From Takakia lepidozioides (taxonomy: Eukaryota > Plantae > Bryophyta), in the NCBI GenBank assembly GCA_030704615.1, contig CM060733.1, positions 65,720,001 through 65,784,000 on the forward strand: a stretch of DNA of 64,000 nt. The letters are read 5' to 3'. The first letter of the stretch is position 1. Every line of letters begins with the position of its first letter. The notes under the pieces are model-generated. The model searched no databases. It saw only the letters and a list, made by a program, of their open reading frames with translations, and was not told where the DNA came from. The translations under genes and the position numbers were made by a program. Below are positions 50,493 through 61,159 of this stretch, piece by piece.

Positions 50493-51923
50493 TCAACCAT
50501 ATGTGTTTACAGCCTCCCAGAGAAGGCTCTGGGAAAGTGGTGGAATCGGCTTGGAACAATCACGTGCCTGCAACGCAGCAGCCCGGAGAGTCCGGATGAT
50601 CATTGCGTTGGCCTCCCAAAAGCTTACAGTCTGATAAGGCATGCCATATTTCTCACACAGAGGCCTCACAAATTTCACGATCTTCCTGAGATTATGGCGT
50701 GGCAATGTCGGGAACAGATGGTGTTCGATCTGGAACTGCAGACCACCATGGAACCAGTCCATACAAGGAGGAGTAGAAAGATTGAGGGTCCCTCTCGCCT
50801 GTGATTCAACCCAGGCCTTGCTCTTTGGCTGGCCCTGATAGATCGGGGAAGAGAAATGGTTCAAGCAGAATTGAACATGTTGAATGCCAGTTACTGCAAA
50901 ACTTACCAGCACGAACGCTACTCTGGTTTGTAGATTTGGCAAATATGATAGAAGGGAAGAGAACCAGACCCAGAAGAACGAAATGGCCAAAATCTCCACT
51001 CCCCTGTTTGGGACTTTTCTTTTGGAGACAAGCAGCAGAATGGACTGGGCAAAAAGATTAAGTCGCGCCAATGCCATTACAGGATAGAAGGTCCAATGCT
51101 GGTAGCTCACAAGGAAGCGCGCAAATCCATCAAATGGCATTTTCCTGTCGTAGAAATAAGAGTAGAGATTCCCAAAAAACCTGGAGGATACTGCAAAGAG
51201 AGGGATGTACTGGAGGTCTGGATCATACTCCACACTGTTGCAAGCAATGTGATGTGCATTGTGGTTCCTTTTCCACCATCCCATGCTAATACCGGTCAAG
51301 CAGTCCCCCACCAGAAGCGCAATCCACGCGTCTATCTTACGGTCTCCAAGCATCCCACAGTGGCCAGTGTCGTGCCCAATCCACCCACTCTGATTCCATA
51401 CCACTCCTAACAAAAACGCACTTAATAGGTGCATCAAGAAACTTTCAGAATACACCACCCCCAGCACAGAGAAGATGAACATAGGAATCATTACCGCTGC
51501 ATACTTGCAATACACATCCACAGGGTTTTTGTACAGACCAGCCTTTTTAAGGTTCTGCAGAAGCTCTCTGTGCTCTGCGGCAATAGAGGGGACTTCATAA
51601 TCGCACAGGTTTCCCACCAGAAACTTCGGGAGAAGTAGCCAGGCTGTTCCAGGGTGAAAGGCGAGAAACGCATCCGTCACGTCTTGGCCCGCTAAGTGCA
51701 AAAGAGGAATGTCGCCCCCGGGGTGCCTTCCCACCCACTCTGTCACATTGTATACCTTGCCTTGGATGGAGATCCACAGATCGTCCACCTTATTGTGCAG
51801 TGCGAGCTCCTTACTGCTTATGAGTCGTGAGCCCAATCCTTCCCGGGCGTCCTTCGTCGCACCCTCCACCTCTAGCTCTTGCTCTTGCAGAAGCGTCTGA
51901 TCACAATCCATGGAAGGCTGCAT
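50493..51923 (-). CDS. SLD: Cytochrome-b5-fused sphingolipid delta-8 (front-end-type) desaturase, single exon
   Basis: HPGG heme motif; His boxes HDTGH, HNAHH and QIEHH; plant SLD-type YDPDLQ, WWKRNHNAHH and C-terminal LWEAVNTYG. First ATG at 51923. Confidence 0.93.
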   Translation of the reverse strand: MQPSMDCDQTLLQEQELEVEGATKDAREGLGSRLISSKELALHNKVDDLWISIQGKVYNVTEWVGRHPGGDIPLLHLAGQDVTDAFLAFHPGTAWLLLPKFLVGNLCDYEVPSIAAEHRELLQNLKKAGLYKNPVDVYCKYAAVMIPMFIFSVLGVVYSESFLMHLLSAFLLGVVWNQSGWIGHDTGHCGMLGDRKIDAWIALLVGDCLTGISMGWWKRNHNAHHIACNSVEYDPDLQYIPLFAVSSRFFGNLYSYFYDRKMPFDGFARFLVSYQHWTFYPVMALARLNLFAQSILLLVSKRKVPNRGVEILAISFFWVWFSSLLSYLPNLQTRVAFVLVSFAVTGIQHVQFCLNHFSSPIYQGQPKSKAWVESQARGTLNLSTPPCMDWFHGGLQFQIEHHLFPTLPRHNLRKIVKFVRPLCEKYGMPYQTVSFWEANAMIIRTLRAAALQARDCSKPIPPLSQSLLWEAVNTYG

Positions 51924-52115
51924 TGTAAAGAGCAATACAGATTTCTTCACCCGAGCTCAGCAAGCTCTTCAATGGCGATTGCGATGGCGGCCTCACATTC
52001 CGCTTCCCCCTCGTCCCACCCTCGTCCCACGGGCCGGGTCACTCCATACCCTACCCGATCCGACCCGACCCGGGATACAAATAGACCACCAAGTAGTGGG
52101 CTCATTTGTATTTTA

Positions 52116-52330
52116 CTAGGGTAGCCTGTGCCGTTGGCCCAAGTGTCCAGTGTCAACTAAGTCCAAGTGCAATCCTTATGTATCAAAGTGCGTCTCCTAT
52201 ATCAGGCCCAAATGCAACCTCTAGGGTAGCCTGTGCCGTTGGCCCAAGTGTCCAATGTCATCTAAGTATGTATCCAAATGCAACCTCTAGGGTAGCCTGT
52301 GCCGTTGGCCCAAGTGTCCAGTGTCATCTA
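52116..52330. repeat. Three tandem copies of CTAGGGTAGCCTGTGCCGTTGGCCCAAGTGTCCA; related CCAAGTGC repeats at 41020-41130
   Basis: Copies at about 52116, 52222 and 52287. Confidence 0.85.
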
Positions 52331-52344
52331 AGTAAGTTTTTTTC

Positions 52345-52425
52345 CACAGAGCCTACGACCGGATTTGAACCGGAGACCTTTCCCTTGATATCTCTCCCGT
52401 CGAGGCTCCAACCATTGTCCTAGGA
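52345..52425 (-). mobile_element. tRNA-like SINE head within a dispersed repeat
   Basis: Minus-strand B box with T-arm stem CCGGTTCAAATCCGG and a weak A box; no full cloverleaf. Confidence 0.45.
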
Positions 52426-52801
52426 ATGCCCACTTTGCCATTTTTGCTATTTTTTGTGAATTTCCAGCGACCCAAAGCACTTGGAATTCCACATCTCCTA
52501 CACCGCAGGTCCAAAAATCGTGAGACCAAGCCCGTGCACCCCTCCTCGTCGAGGGCTTTCCAACGGTACCAAGCACCGGCGCCGGGGCCTCGTGGTTTGG
52601 GACATCTCAACGTGACAAACAAAACAAAACAAACGTCTTGCTTCATAGATTGATTTTTCCCCTACCTACTTTTGGCAATCTGCCAAACTAGCCGTATCCC
52701 TAATTGCAGAGCATCGACGGCACCATTTGTAGAAATCAACTTTTGTGGGAAGCTCTCCGAGAGGGCCTCTTTACCCTACACCCGATGTGAGGTGGAAGGC
52801 C

Positions 52802-53380
52802 CTATTGCGCGAAACACTTCAAGTCGGGCCGCATGAAAGCCATTTTTAATACACTACAAAATTGGTTGTTGATATTGAAAGTCTTAGTCCGACACCAAGG
52901 GTGTCCATCGTGCTTCTTGTCCATTCCAAACATAAGACCAGCCAAACCTCCAGAAGCCACTGGCGGTGGCAACTCGAAGAGGATGTCGCCATCGAAAGCA
53001 GGCGGAAGAAATTTGGTTAATTGAATCCGGAGTTTTCCCACAGTATGCCTCGAACATCGCTCTTGCTTTCTTGCAACCCCCTCAAAGATTGCAATATCGG
53101 AATGACAGTTTCAATCTCTTGGACGTCAAGGTTAGGAAGAACCTGGGGGTTGTTGGCAAGGGGAGGAATTTCGGAGATGTCCTCCCCCGAACTATCAGAC
53201 AGCTCCACGAAAGTGGAGAAGGTACTCACTTCCTTTTTAATTGCAACATCTTGGGGACACTGAGCCACCAAAGCTGCTAGATGCCTGGCGTGACGATAGA
53301 ACCCGCAGACTGGTGTCTTTGATCTCCAAGTACTGCTGGCAGAGCTGATAGAGCTCAATATGGTGGATGAGCGAGTGGTC
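52802..53380 (-). mobile_element. Fragment of a transposon-associated ORF (possibly MULE/GCM-like N-terminal domain)
   Basis: FLPPAFDGDILFELPP..GMDKKHDGHPW..T.NI.N motif, truncated. Family assignment is from memory. Confidence 0.4.
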
Positions 53381-53399
53381 ATGGTGGGGTTTGGTAAGG

Positions 53400-56300
53400 A
53401 GACACAATGAAGTGGGGCTCCTAGCTAACAACAACCACTACTCCCAACGTGCTCAAGGCAACAAAGGGGCTCAGGTGAAGCCCAGGGAAGGACAGAGAGG
53501 ATCTCAATTGCAGAGATCGCTTCCTTCATTCTCAGGCCAACAACAGTCGGGAGTGACATGTTGGGATTGTGGAGGACCCCATATTAAGAGAGATTGCCCG
53601 GAGAGAGGCAAAGGGCCGGCACAGGCACAGCCTATACAACCACAGTGTAGGCATTGTGGCAAGTATGAAGAGATCCATTGTTATGACTTGCATCTTAAGC
53701 TACGGCCAGGCCAGTTCCAAGGGAACAATGGTGGCACACGTTTGGAAAGCTGTCATTGGTATAAGTTTGATCCACAAGATATCCTTGGGAATCCAATTCT
53801 TTACCAGTACAAGTTCTTCATGCATATGAGTGTAAACATTCACTTTCCGTTCCTCCCAGCCTTCAAATTCCACTCGTTTAATGGATAGCAACGCTATCAC
53901 ATAACCAGTGTTGGTAACCAGCTTGCTCTCCCTCTACAGGCCACCTGATAAATCTTTATCACTCCTTTCTTCAGACCCCACTCAAGATCTGCATCATGCA
54001 CTCTTTTAAGAATGTTTTCTTTACAACCATCTGGCAATTCCAAGAATCTCTGAAAGAATTGCTTGGACAACCTTTCTTTCTCAGTTCCACAGGGAATTTG
54101 ATTCACATCAAATTCTTACTTCTCCAACCACCATGATCCCACCAGATGCCTGTCACATCTGGTTGTTATTGACTTAGTTCCCCAGTATGGTCGCCAAATG
54201 TCGAGCGGCTTTTACTCACCCATCCCTTCGCTATCCGAGGAGGGAACTCCAAAATAGAAGACTTGGATATCTCTAAGCACTCAGCCCGCTCAGAACAATC
54301 AGTCATGACCTACATCTGGTGTATCATGGTAGTGCTTCTTGTTTGTATTCCTTCTTGCCTTCATATCAACATATTACCTTACTGTTTATATTTGAGAAAC
54401 AGTTTACTTCAGCAATCTACCAGGTTTCGATTGCTCAACCATTCATTCCACAACTTCACTCAGTTCTCTCTACACGGTGTGGGTAAAGAATGTGTATCAT
54501 ATTAATCTTTGTTCAGTATCAGGCCGTAGCCATAGTGTCTCTAATCTGTTCTACAGTACGACTCTACAGCTTGCATGAATCAAGCATTGATCCAATCATC
54601 TTCCCATCTTCGCCGTGTTCTTCATCCTTGGTTCCATTCCTGCTCTCCACTTCATCTCCTCCACTCATGACCAAGAAAATATCCCCCCCCCCCGTTGCTG
54701 CTCTGCCTCATCTACATGCAAGCTGTTCTAACCGCCTAACTAACTAACCGTCACCCCAAGAAGTAACACGTTCCCTCTGCAGATGTCGTTCCCACACAGT
54801 CGTTCCTTACCAATGATAACCGTTCCCTATGTACGATGTGACGGCCTGTGCCAAGCTGTGTCGGGCTGTGACTGTGCCAAGCTGTGACTGGCTGTGTAAA
54901 GCTGTGTCGGGCTGTGTGGCGCTGTGACTGGCTGTGCGAAGCTGTGTCAAGCTGTGATAGACTGTGACTAACTGTGATAGGCTGTGATTGACTGTGACAG
55001 ACTGTGTAAGGTTGTGTCGGGCTGTGTAAGACTGTGTATGGCCGTGACAGACTATGATAGGCTGTGTACGACTGTCTACCACCCCTAAAGCCTGTGCTGT
55101 CACCCCTAAGGCCTCTGTTGGTCTAAGTCTATCATCTGTAAGTTTGCGCAAAAATTAAGGGTACCCCATAGAGCCCATAAAAGTGTCTAAGTCCCAGATA
55201 ACCCTCTAACACTCTCCTACGCTCTTGGGCTATTGTGAAATAGGGGGTTGGTCTTCTCCTATGGCGCAACAAGACACCTCTCTCTATGCCAAGCGCCTCC
55301 AGCTTACTCCCCACCTAGTACGTTTTGCGTTTCTGTAACGTGGATTGACGGTATGTGACCTCTTTTTGTGGAGGGCTGCAACTTGTACACACATGTGTAC
55401 ATAACCAGGAAACGACAGGGTGACATGTCGACATGCCCAGCTACCCACGTGCCCTCTTCCTACCATGTGCACTTCCGGTCATTTTTTTCACGTCGCTTTT
55501 CAATACCACATAATCGGCGCCGCCAATTCAAATCGAGGACATGCACTGCAAGTCTTTACATATGATATGGCCTGCACTTCCTGTCATTATGTGCATGCAG
55601 AGCTTTGGATACCTGTTCAGTCAGCTAGTAAATGTAACGGTGCTATCCACCATCTAATTTGGGTTGTGCGGTATGGGCGGTTACCAATGGAAGAATGTAA
55701 TGAACGTACATGTCAGGCAAACATTCCGATTCAAATGTACAAAAGTTGGTGTGGGTGGAATTTGAAGTGTCAAACCAAGGGAATCAGTACAAAGATATGA
55801 ACTTTCGCACTGAATCGTTGCCGTCATTTGTAATGTCCACATGTTTGGGCGCAGGGCCCCTCCTGTGTCATATTTCCGCAACATTCTCCTAGAGCACGTG
55901 CCAGTTCAATTCATCCACCCACGAATCTTCCATCATCGGTTTGTTCCTGACTATGCACACATGTTGTGCAGAGCAACGTCATTCCATTATCCTGTCATCC
56001 TCACATCGGAGTGAGCACTGTTCGTGTGCATAGACTATCACTATCTCCTTGCCTCCGTACAATGCATCTGCAGGCAATCTAGTTCGATTCCACTCCAGTA
56101 GCCACTCTCTGCCTTTCAACACCTTTGCGGACGACAATGGATTGGCCGTTGTAGAGGAGGACGTGCTATGTACAAGATTCCAATTTGAAGCCGAAACTGT
56201 TCTTGTGGAGAAAGAATTGTACGATGAATCAGGTAATGTGGAGAGTGCACACTATTTCAGAAACCATTTACGTTGAACAAGTGGAGGGAGTGGAGAGTTT

Positions 56301-56990
56301 CTGCAGGGAACTAGTTTGCCATATGGTTATATGGTAACAAAGACTTCTAGTATAGCCAATGGTGCATTGAAGCTTGAAAGAAACCCAGGCATATACGAGA
56401 GATATTATAGGAGAGAGTTTTGGTTATTGCCTCATTGAAGATATGAAAGACATGGGACATGAGTGATGAAAGAGAAGCTAGACTTCACAGATATTCAGCA
56501 AAAAGAGAGAGTTATTTGAAAGCTAATTATCCATATCTTTGGGAGAGAGGATAGACATAGGAGAATCATCTGGACCTCTCACACCATTAAGGTCGAAGAG
56601 TACATCACCCATACCGGAGGAACCAGAGTTGGATGCCACTCCTTCTTATTCTTTACAAGAAAGATTAAGGGATTTGGTACAGGAAGAGGATCAGCCACGA
56701 GGAGAGAGATCTGAGGTACATCCCTGGATAAAAGATTTGACAGAAATCTTTGATAAGAGTTGGCATGGAACACCAAAAGCAGGAACTCCAGTTTCTGAAG
56801 TAGAAGACAAAGAAGGAGAGGAAGATGTGGGGGTGTGTACTTTGCATAAGCATGAGCATGAGCATAATTAAGCATGAGAAGCCGAATATCCAAGGAATAT
56901 TCCTCCATATTTGGATTTCCAACCGCAATTCCGACAGCATTTGAAGTTGAAAAAGGGCAGGAGCACCATCAGTAAGTGCAACATTCTGTA
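53400..56990. mobile_element. Decayed LTR-retrotransposon pieces: gag zinc knuckles, 10-bp GCTGTG-type tandem repeat (54840-55070) and gag-like fragments
   Basis: CWDCGGPHIKRDC and a degenerate second knuckle at 53557-53685; many stops; boundaries unclear. Confidence 0.55.
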
Positions 56991-57803
56991 GGTTCGGTTA
57001 CTCAAAATTAGGTTCGGTAGTTGCCGAACCTATGTAGTCGTTGCCGATTACAGACTCTGGGCCGAGAGGTCTGGGGGCAAATACCCACGAGAATATGGGC
57101 ACGGTAGAAAGTCCGCGGGAATAGGTACACTATAAAAAAATTCTATAAAAAATAATGGAAGGCATGAAGTGTAGTTAGTATGAGCAGGTAATTCAAATGA
57201 GTGAGATCGCATATTGTTAATTAATAAAAATGGCGGGAATGAGATTTGAGCCCTGAATCAGCACTGTAACATGCAAGCACCCTTGTTTATGGCATGCACA
57301 GGAAGTTGAACTCGAGACCTAAAGAGAACGAAATTGATCATGCAGAGGATGTCATCCATTACAGAAGATTCTTCTGGCACGTCCCACGATGATATTGGAA
57401 GTGCAAACGGCTAAAAACAAAATAGAAGGAAAAAATATCGGCCAGGTGGAAAGTGGACGGTGGCATGGTAGGTACAGCGGCATTAAAAAACTTATTTTGA
57501 AACAACCGAAAGTTCCAAAATAGTATAGGATATGTTGTTCAACATCTACCAGGTTTCGTCTCGAGCGAAAGCGACAAAGCGTACATGGCTACTTGTAGTC
57601 TACACTGACTACAAGCACATTGCTCTCTGCCACTTTCTCTTTCAACAGCAGGGCTGCTATTTCAACACCTACTTTCTTTTGTCAAAGACAGCAGCTTTTT
57701 CGGCTGGTTGTCACTCGTAGTCTGCAACGACTACAAGCACACTGTTTGGGGTTACTTTCTATACCAATCAGTTGTGTTTTTGGATAGTCCGTTCTTAGAT
57801 AAG

Positions 57804-58334
57804 ATGGACGGGAGCTCTTCCAATGCAGGCGCAAGCAGTAGTGGTGTCAGTGGAAATGGGGAGGACAGGCCTGCATCGACTTCATGGTGGACTCCCTTTA
57901 CGGACGATATCGCCGAGTGCCTTGCCAAGTACGAAAATGATAAGGCAATGGTGGTTCAGCAGACTGTCAATGGGAACGGCCCTTCAGCAGGGGACTCCAC
58001 TGCGGATTCTGACGACGACGACGACGACGACGATGATGAAGATGAGCACATGGACATTAATGGGGAAGGTGAGGAGATGGAGGTACATGAAGAGGATGAC
58101 TTGCGATGGACAGGGGCAAGCATGGAAATCATTGAAATGCATTCAATGGAGTTTGTTATCGTAGGAAATACATGTCCAACAACAAAAGAACGATGCATTG
58201 TTTGCCAAGACTGTCCAGTAGAGGGCTTGTCAGTCCGTATTATCAGTGGGTGCGGCCATTCCTTTCACTCTATATGCATTGAAGGGTGGTTGCTTCGAAA
58301 CGGGTCATGCCCTGTTTGCCGCAATAAGATTTGA
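57804..58334 (+). CDS. RING-H2 finger protein with acidic poly-Asp/Glu tract (putative E3 ligase), single exon
   Basis: CIVC..CGHSFHSICIEGWLLRNGSCPVCR (C3H2C3) in an intact ORF. Confidence 0.85.
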   Translation: MDGSSSNAGASSSGVSGNGEDRPASTSWWTPFTDDIAECLAKYENDKAMVVQQTVNGNGPSAGDSTADSDDDDDDDDDEDEHMDINGEGEEMEVHEEDDLRWTGASMEIIEMHSMEFVIVGNTCPTTKERCIVCQDCPVEGLSVRIISGCGHSFHSICIEGWLLRNGSCPVCRNKI

Positions 58335-58539
58335 GACATTGTAGTCGCTGCAGAAAAAAAAACTTATATGTACGTCATGATATAGAAGTGGATAAAGGAG
58401 GCAATGATCATTGAGGTCGGCAACGACCATCAAGAATAAAAAGAAATTGTACCTCTTTGACGTTTTGTACTTTAGCTACTATTTTCAAAATTTTGAATGG
58501 AGTGTTGTGCTTAAACTGTTTTGTTCAACCCATGTCTTG

Positions 58540-59670
58540 TAGTCGGCACAGACTACAAAAATTAAGTGAAAGAAGATGGATATGGAGTCATATTTGATTG
58601 CAAAAAAGTGGTAGTTGAAATATGAGCTAATCTGAGCAAAGAGTTGGAATTAATAATTTATCCAAATGGTCATACATTTTATAGTCGGCACAGACTACAA
58701 GAATTAAGTGAAAGAAGATGGATATGGAGTCATATTTGATTTCAAAAAAGTGGTGGTTGAAAAATGAGCTCATCTGAGCACTGAGTTGGAGTTAATAATT
58801 TATCCGAATGGTAATACACTATATAGTCGGCACAGACTATAAGAATTAAGTGAAAGAAGATGGATATGGAGTCATATTTGATTGCAAAAAAGTGGTGGTT
58901 GAAAAACGAGCTCATCTGAGCAAAGAGTTGGAGTCAATAAATTATCCAAATGGTCATACACTTTATAGTCGGCACAGACTAGAAGAATTAAGTGAAAGAA
59001 GATGGATATGGAGTCATATTTGATTTCAAAAAAGTGGTGGTTGAAAATGAGCTCATCTAAAAACTGAGTTGGAGTTAATAATTTATCCGAATGGTCATAC
59101 AATTTATAGTCGGCACAGACTATAAGAATTAAGTGAAAGAAGATGGATATGGAGTCATATTTGATTTCAAAAAAGTGGTGGTCGAAAAATGAGCTCATCT
59201 GAGCAAAGAGTTGGAGTTAATAATTTATCCAAATGGTCATACACTTTATAGTCGGCACAGACTATAAGAATTAAGTGAAAGAAGATGGATATGGAGTCAT
59301 ATTTGATTGCAAAAAAGTGGTAGTTGAAAAATGAGCTCATCTGAGCAAGAGTTGGAGTTAACTAATTTATCCAAATGGTCTTACACTTTATAGTCGGCAC
59401 AGACTACAAGAATTAAGTGAAAGAAGATGGATATGGAGTCATATTTGATTGCAAAAAAGTGGTAGTTGAAAAATGGGCTCATCTGAGCAAAGAGTTGGAG
59501 TTAACTAATTCATCCAAATGGTCATACACTTTGTAATCGGCACAGACTATGAATATTTCAAGCAAGTCCATGTTTCGAAACCTGTTAAAAGAAGACCTTA
59601 TCCGTGGAAAGAGTTGGAGTTCACAAGATAATCCAAGTTGTCACGCACTTTGTAGTCGGCACAGACTACA
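58540..59670. repeat. Tandem array of seven ~142-bp units plus one degenerate unit
   Basis: AGTCGGCACAGACTA-type anchor at 58541, 58683, 58825, 58967, 59108, 59250, 59392, 59535 and 59654. Confidence 0.95.
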
Positions 59671-59704
59671 AGGATACCAAACATGCAGGATATCCACTGC
59701 GTCT

Positions 59705-60112
59705 CTATGGGACCCAAGGACAGGGATCATGAACTAACATACCCCTGACTTCAGATACTGTCAAAGTTGCGTGATCGATGACCTCCTGGTTTTCCCGCAT
59801 CTTCAAACGTCGTAGCATAATATAGTATAAGTGCTTGCAGTGGGTGTAGGGTCCTTTTGCTTTCTTCATTTTGTCAAAATCAGGGCATGTGCACTCCAGA
59901 CTTCTAGAGATGCAAATATTGTATACCTCCCTTGCTTTTGCTGATCCCGGTGTGCACAGTGTGTACACACGTCCAATTCCCGGGCGAGGAACATCCTTGA
60001 ATGATTGCACTGTGGCCTGCAAAGACTGAGCTAACTCCATCTTCTTACGAGCGATTACTGACCGTTTCTTCCGCCGGTATACTCTGTCCCTTTCAATTTC
60101 AATGTTGTGCAT
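59705..60112 (-). CDS. SWIM zinc-finger ORF, probably a 3' fragment of a transposon-borne gene
   Basis: YNICIS..ECTCPDF..CKHLYYIM matches the SWIM pattern CxC-n-CxH. Confidence 0.75.
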   Translation of the reverse strand: MHNIEIERDRVYRRKKRSVIARKKMELAQSLQATVQSFKDVPRPGIGRVYTLCTPGSAKAREVYNICISRSLECTCPDFDKMKKAKGPYTHCKHLYYIMLRRLKMRENQEVIDHATLTVSEVRGMLVHDPCPWVP

Positions 60113-60232
60113 GCAATTTACTGAATAAGGACTGAGCTGATTCTAGGGCTAATCGAGCAAGAGGTCGTCGAGAAAGACTTCTCCAAAGCCTCTCTCAGTT
60201 GCAGCTCTTTACACACATCCGAATGTGACGGT

Positions 60233-60703
60233 GTGACGGTTTTCGAGACATTGAAGATTTCACGCAAGAGAACAGCCAGTAGAAAGATGAAAGAGGCAAG
60301 CGAACTATCATCTGGGTCAAGAAAACAGATGGAGACAGCACTTGAAGTATCATCTGGCCAAAAAAGTCGAAAGGAAGCACCTGAACTCTCTTTTGGTATG
60401 CAATTCGTCCGCTCTGGCCAGCCCATTACAGAGGAGCAATTAGCTCACATTTTGGAAGAGCAAATTGCTGCCAGAGAAGTCAAGAAGGGGATGATCAAGA
60501 AGACCAAGAAGACTCTAGTGGGCAAAACTCATAAGGCACCAAAGCCCCGATCCCCTTTGCCAACTTCCGTCAGTGTGGATAAGAGCCCCCCTTCTACACC
60601 AGAGGGGTCTCCTATGCCCAAGAAGCTGAAAAAGGTTTTAGAGTTAGCTCCCAGTCCAGCCAGCAACACCCGAAGCAAAAAAAAAGTAACACTGACAATG
60701 TGA
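60233..60703 (+). CDS. Lys/Ser/Pro-rich basic ORF fragment with NLS-like clusters; function unknown
   Basis: Open frame with coding-like composition; no recognisable domain or clear ATG. Confidence 0.35.
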   Translation: MTVFETLKISRKRTASRKMKEASELSSGSRKQMETALEVSSGQKSRKEAPELSFGMQFVRSGQPITEEQLAHILEEQIAAREVKKGMIKKTKKTLVGKTHKAPKPRSPLPTSVSVDKSPPSTPEGSPMPKKLKKVLELAPSPASNTRSKKKVTLTM

Positions 60704-61159
60704 CAATGTGACACTATGACTGTGGCAATTCAGTGACAATTTCAGTTCAGTTCAGTGACAATTTTAGGTCAATTTCAATTCAATTCAGTTTCAATTCAGT
60801 GACAATTCAGTGAAACAGTAAAGCCAGATTACTTCAATTCCTTGAAGTTATTATATAGCCCCGCGGAAGGTTCTTGCATATGCAGATTTCATCAAGGAGA
60901 GTTTTGTGCGCTGCTTGGATCTCTATCTGTGTCCTTGGACAAGGAAAAAAGAGTGAGTCTTCTTTTGGCTACATCATGCTCTTTCTTTGCAGTGCTTTCG
61001 ATTGTCACTTACGATTAAAGCATGGTTTTCCTGAGCTGCTAATGTGAATGCTGAAAACCTTGGCAGTCTTGTGGGTGAATTCTGATGTCTGATGTCTTAT
61101 CTATGTCTTTTCCAGAAGTGTTTTGTAATCACTAGCTGTGGCCAAGTAGTCTGTTTTAT

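Noticed and set aside
45350-51923. VPE plus sphingolipid desaturase as a functional cell-death gene cluster
   Set aside because: Both touch on programmed cell death biology, but adjacency of two convergent genes is not evidence of co-regulation.
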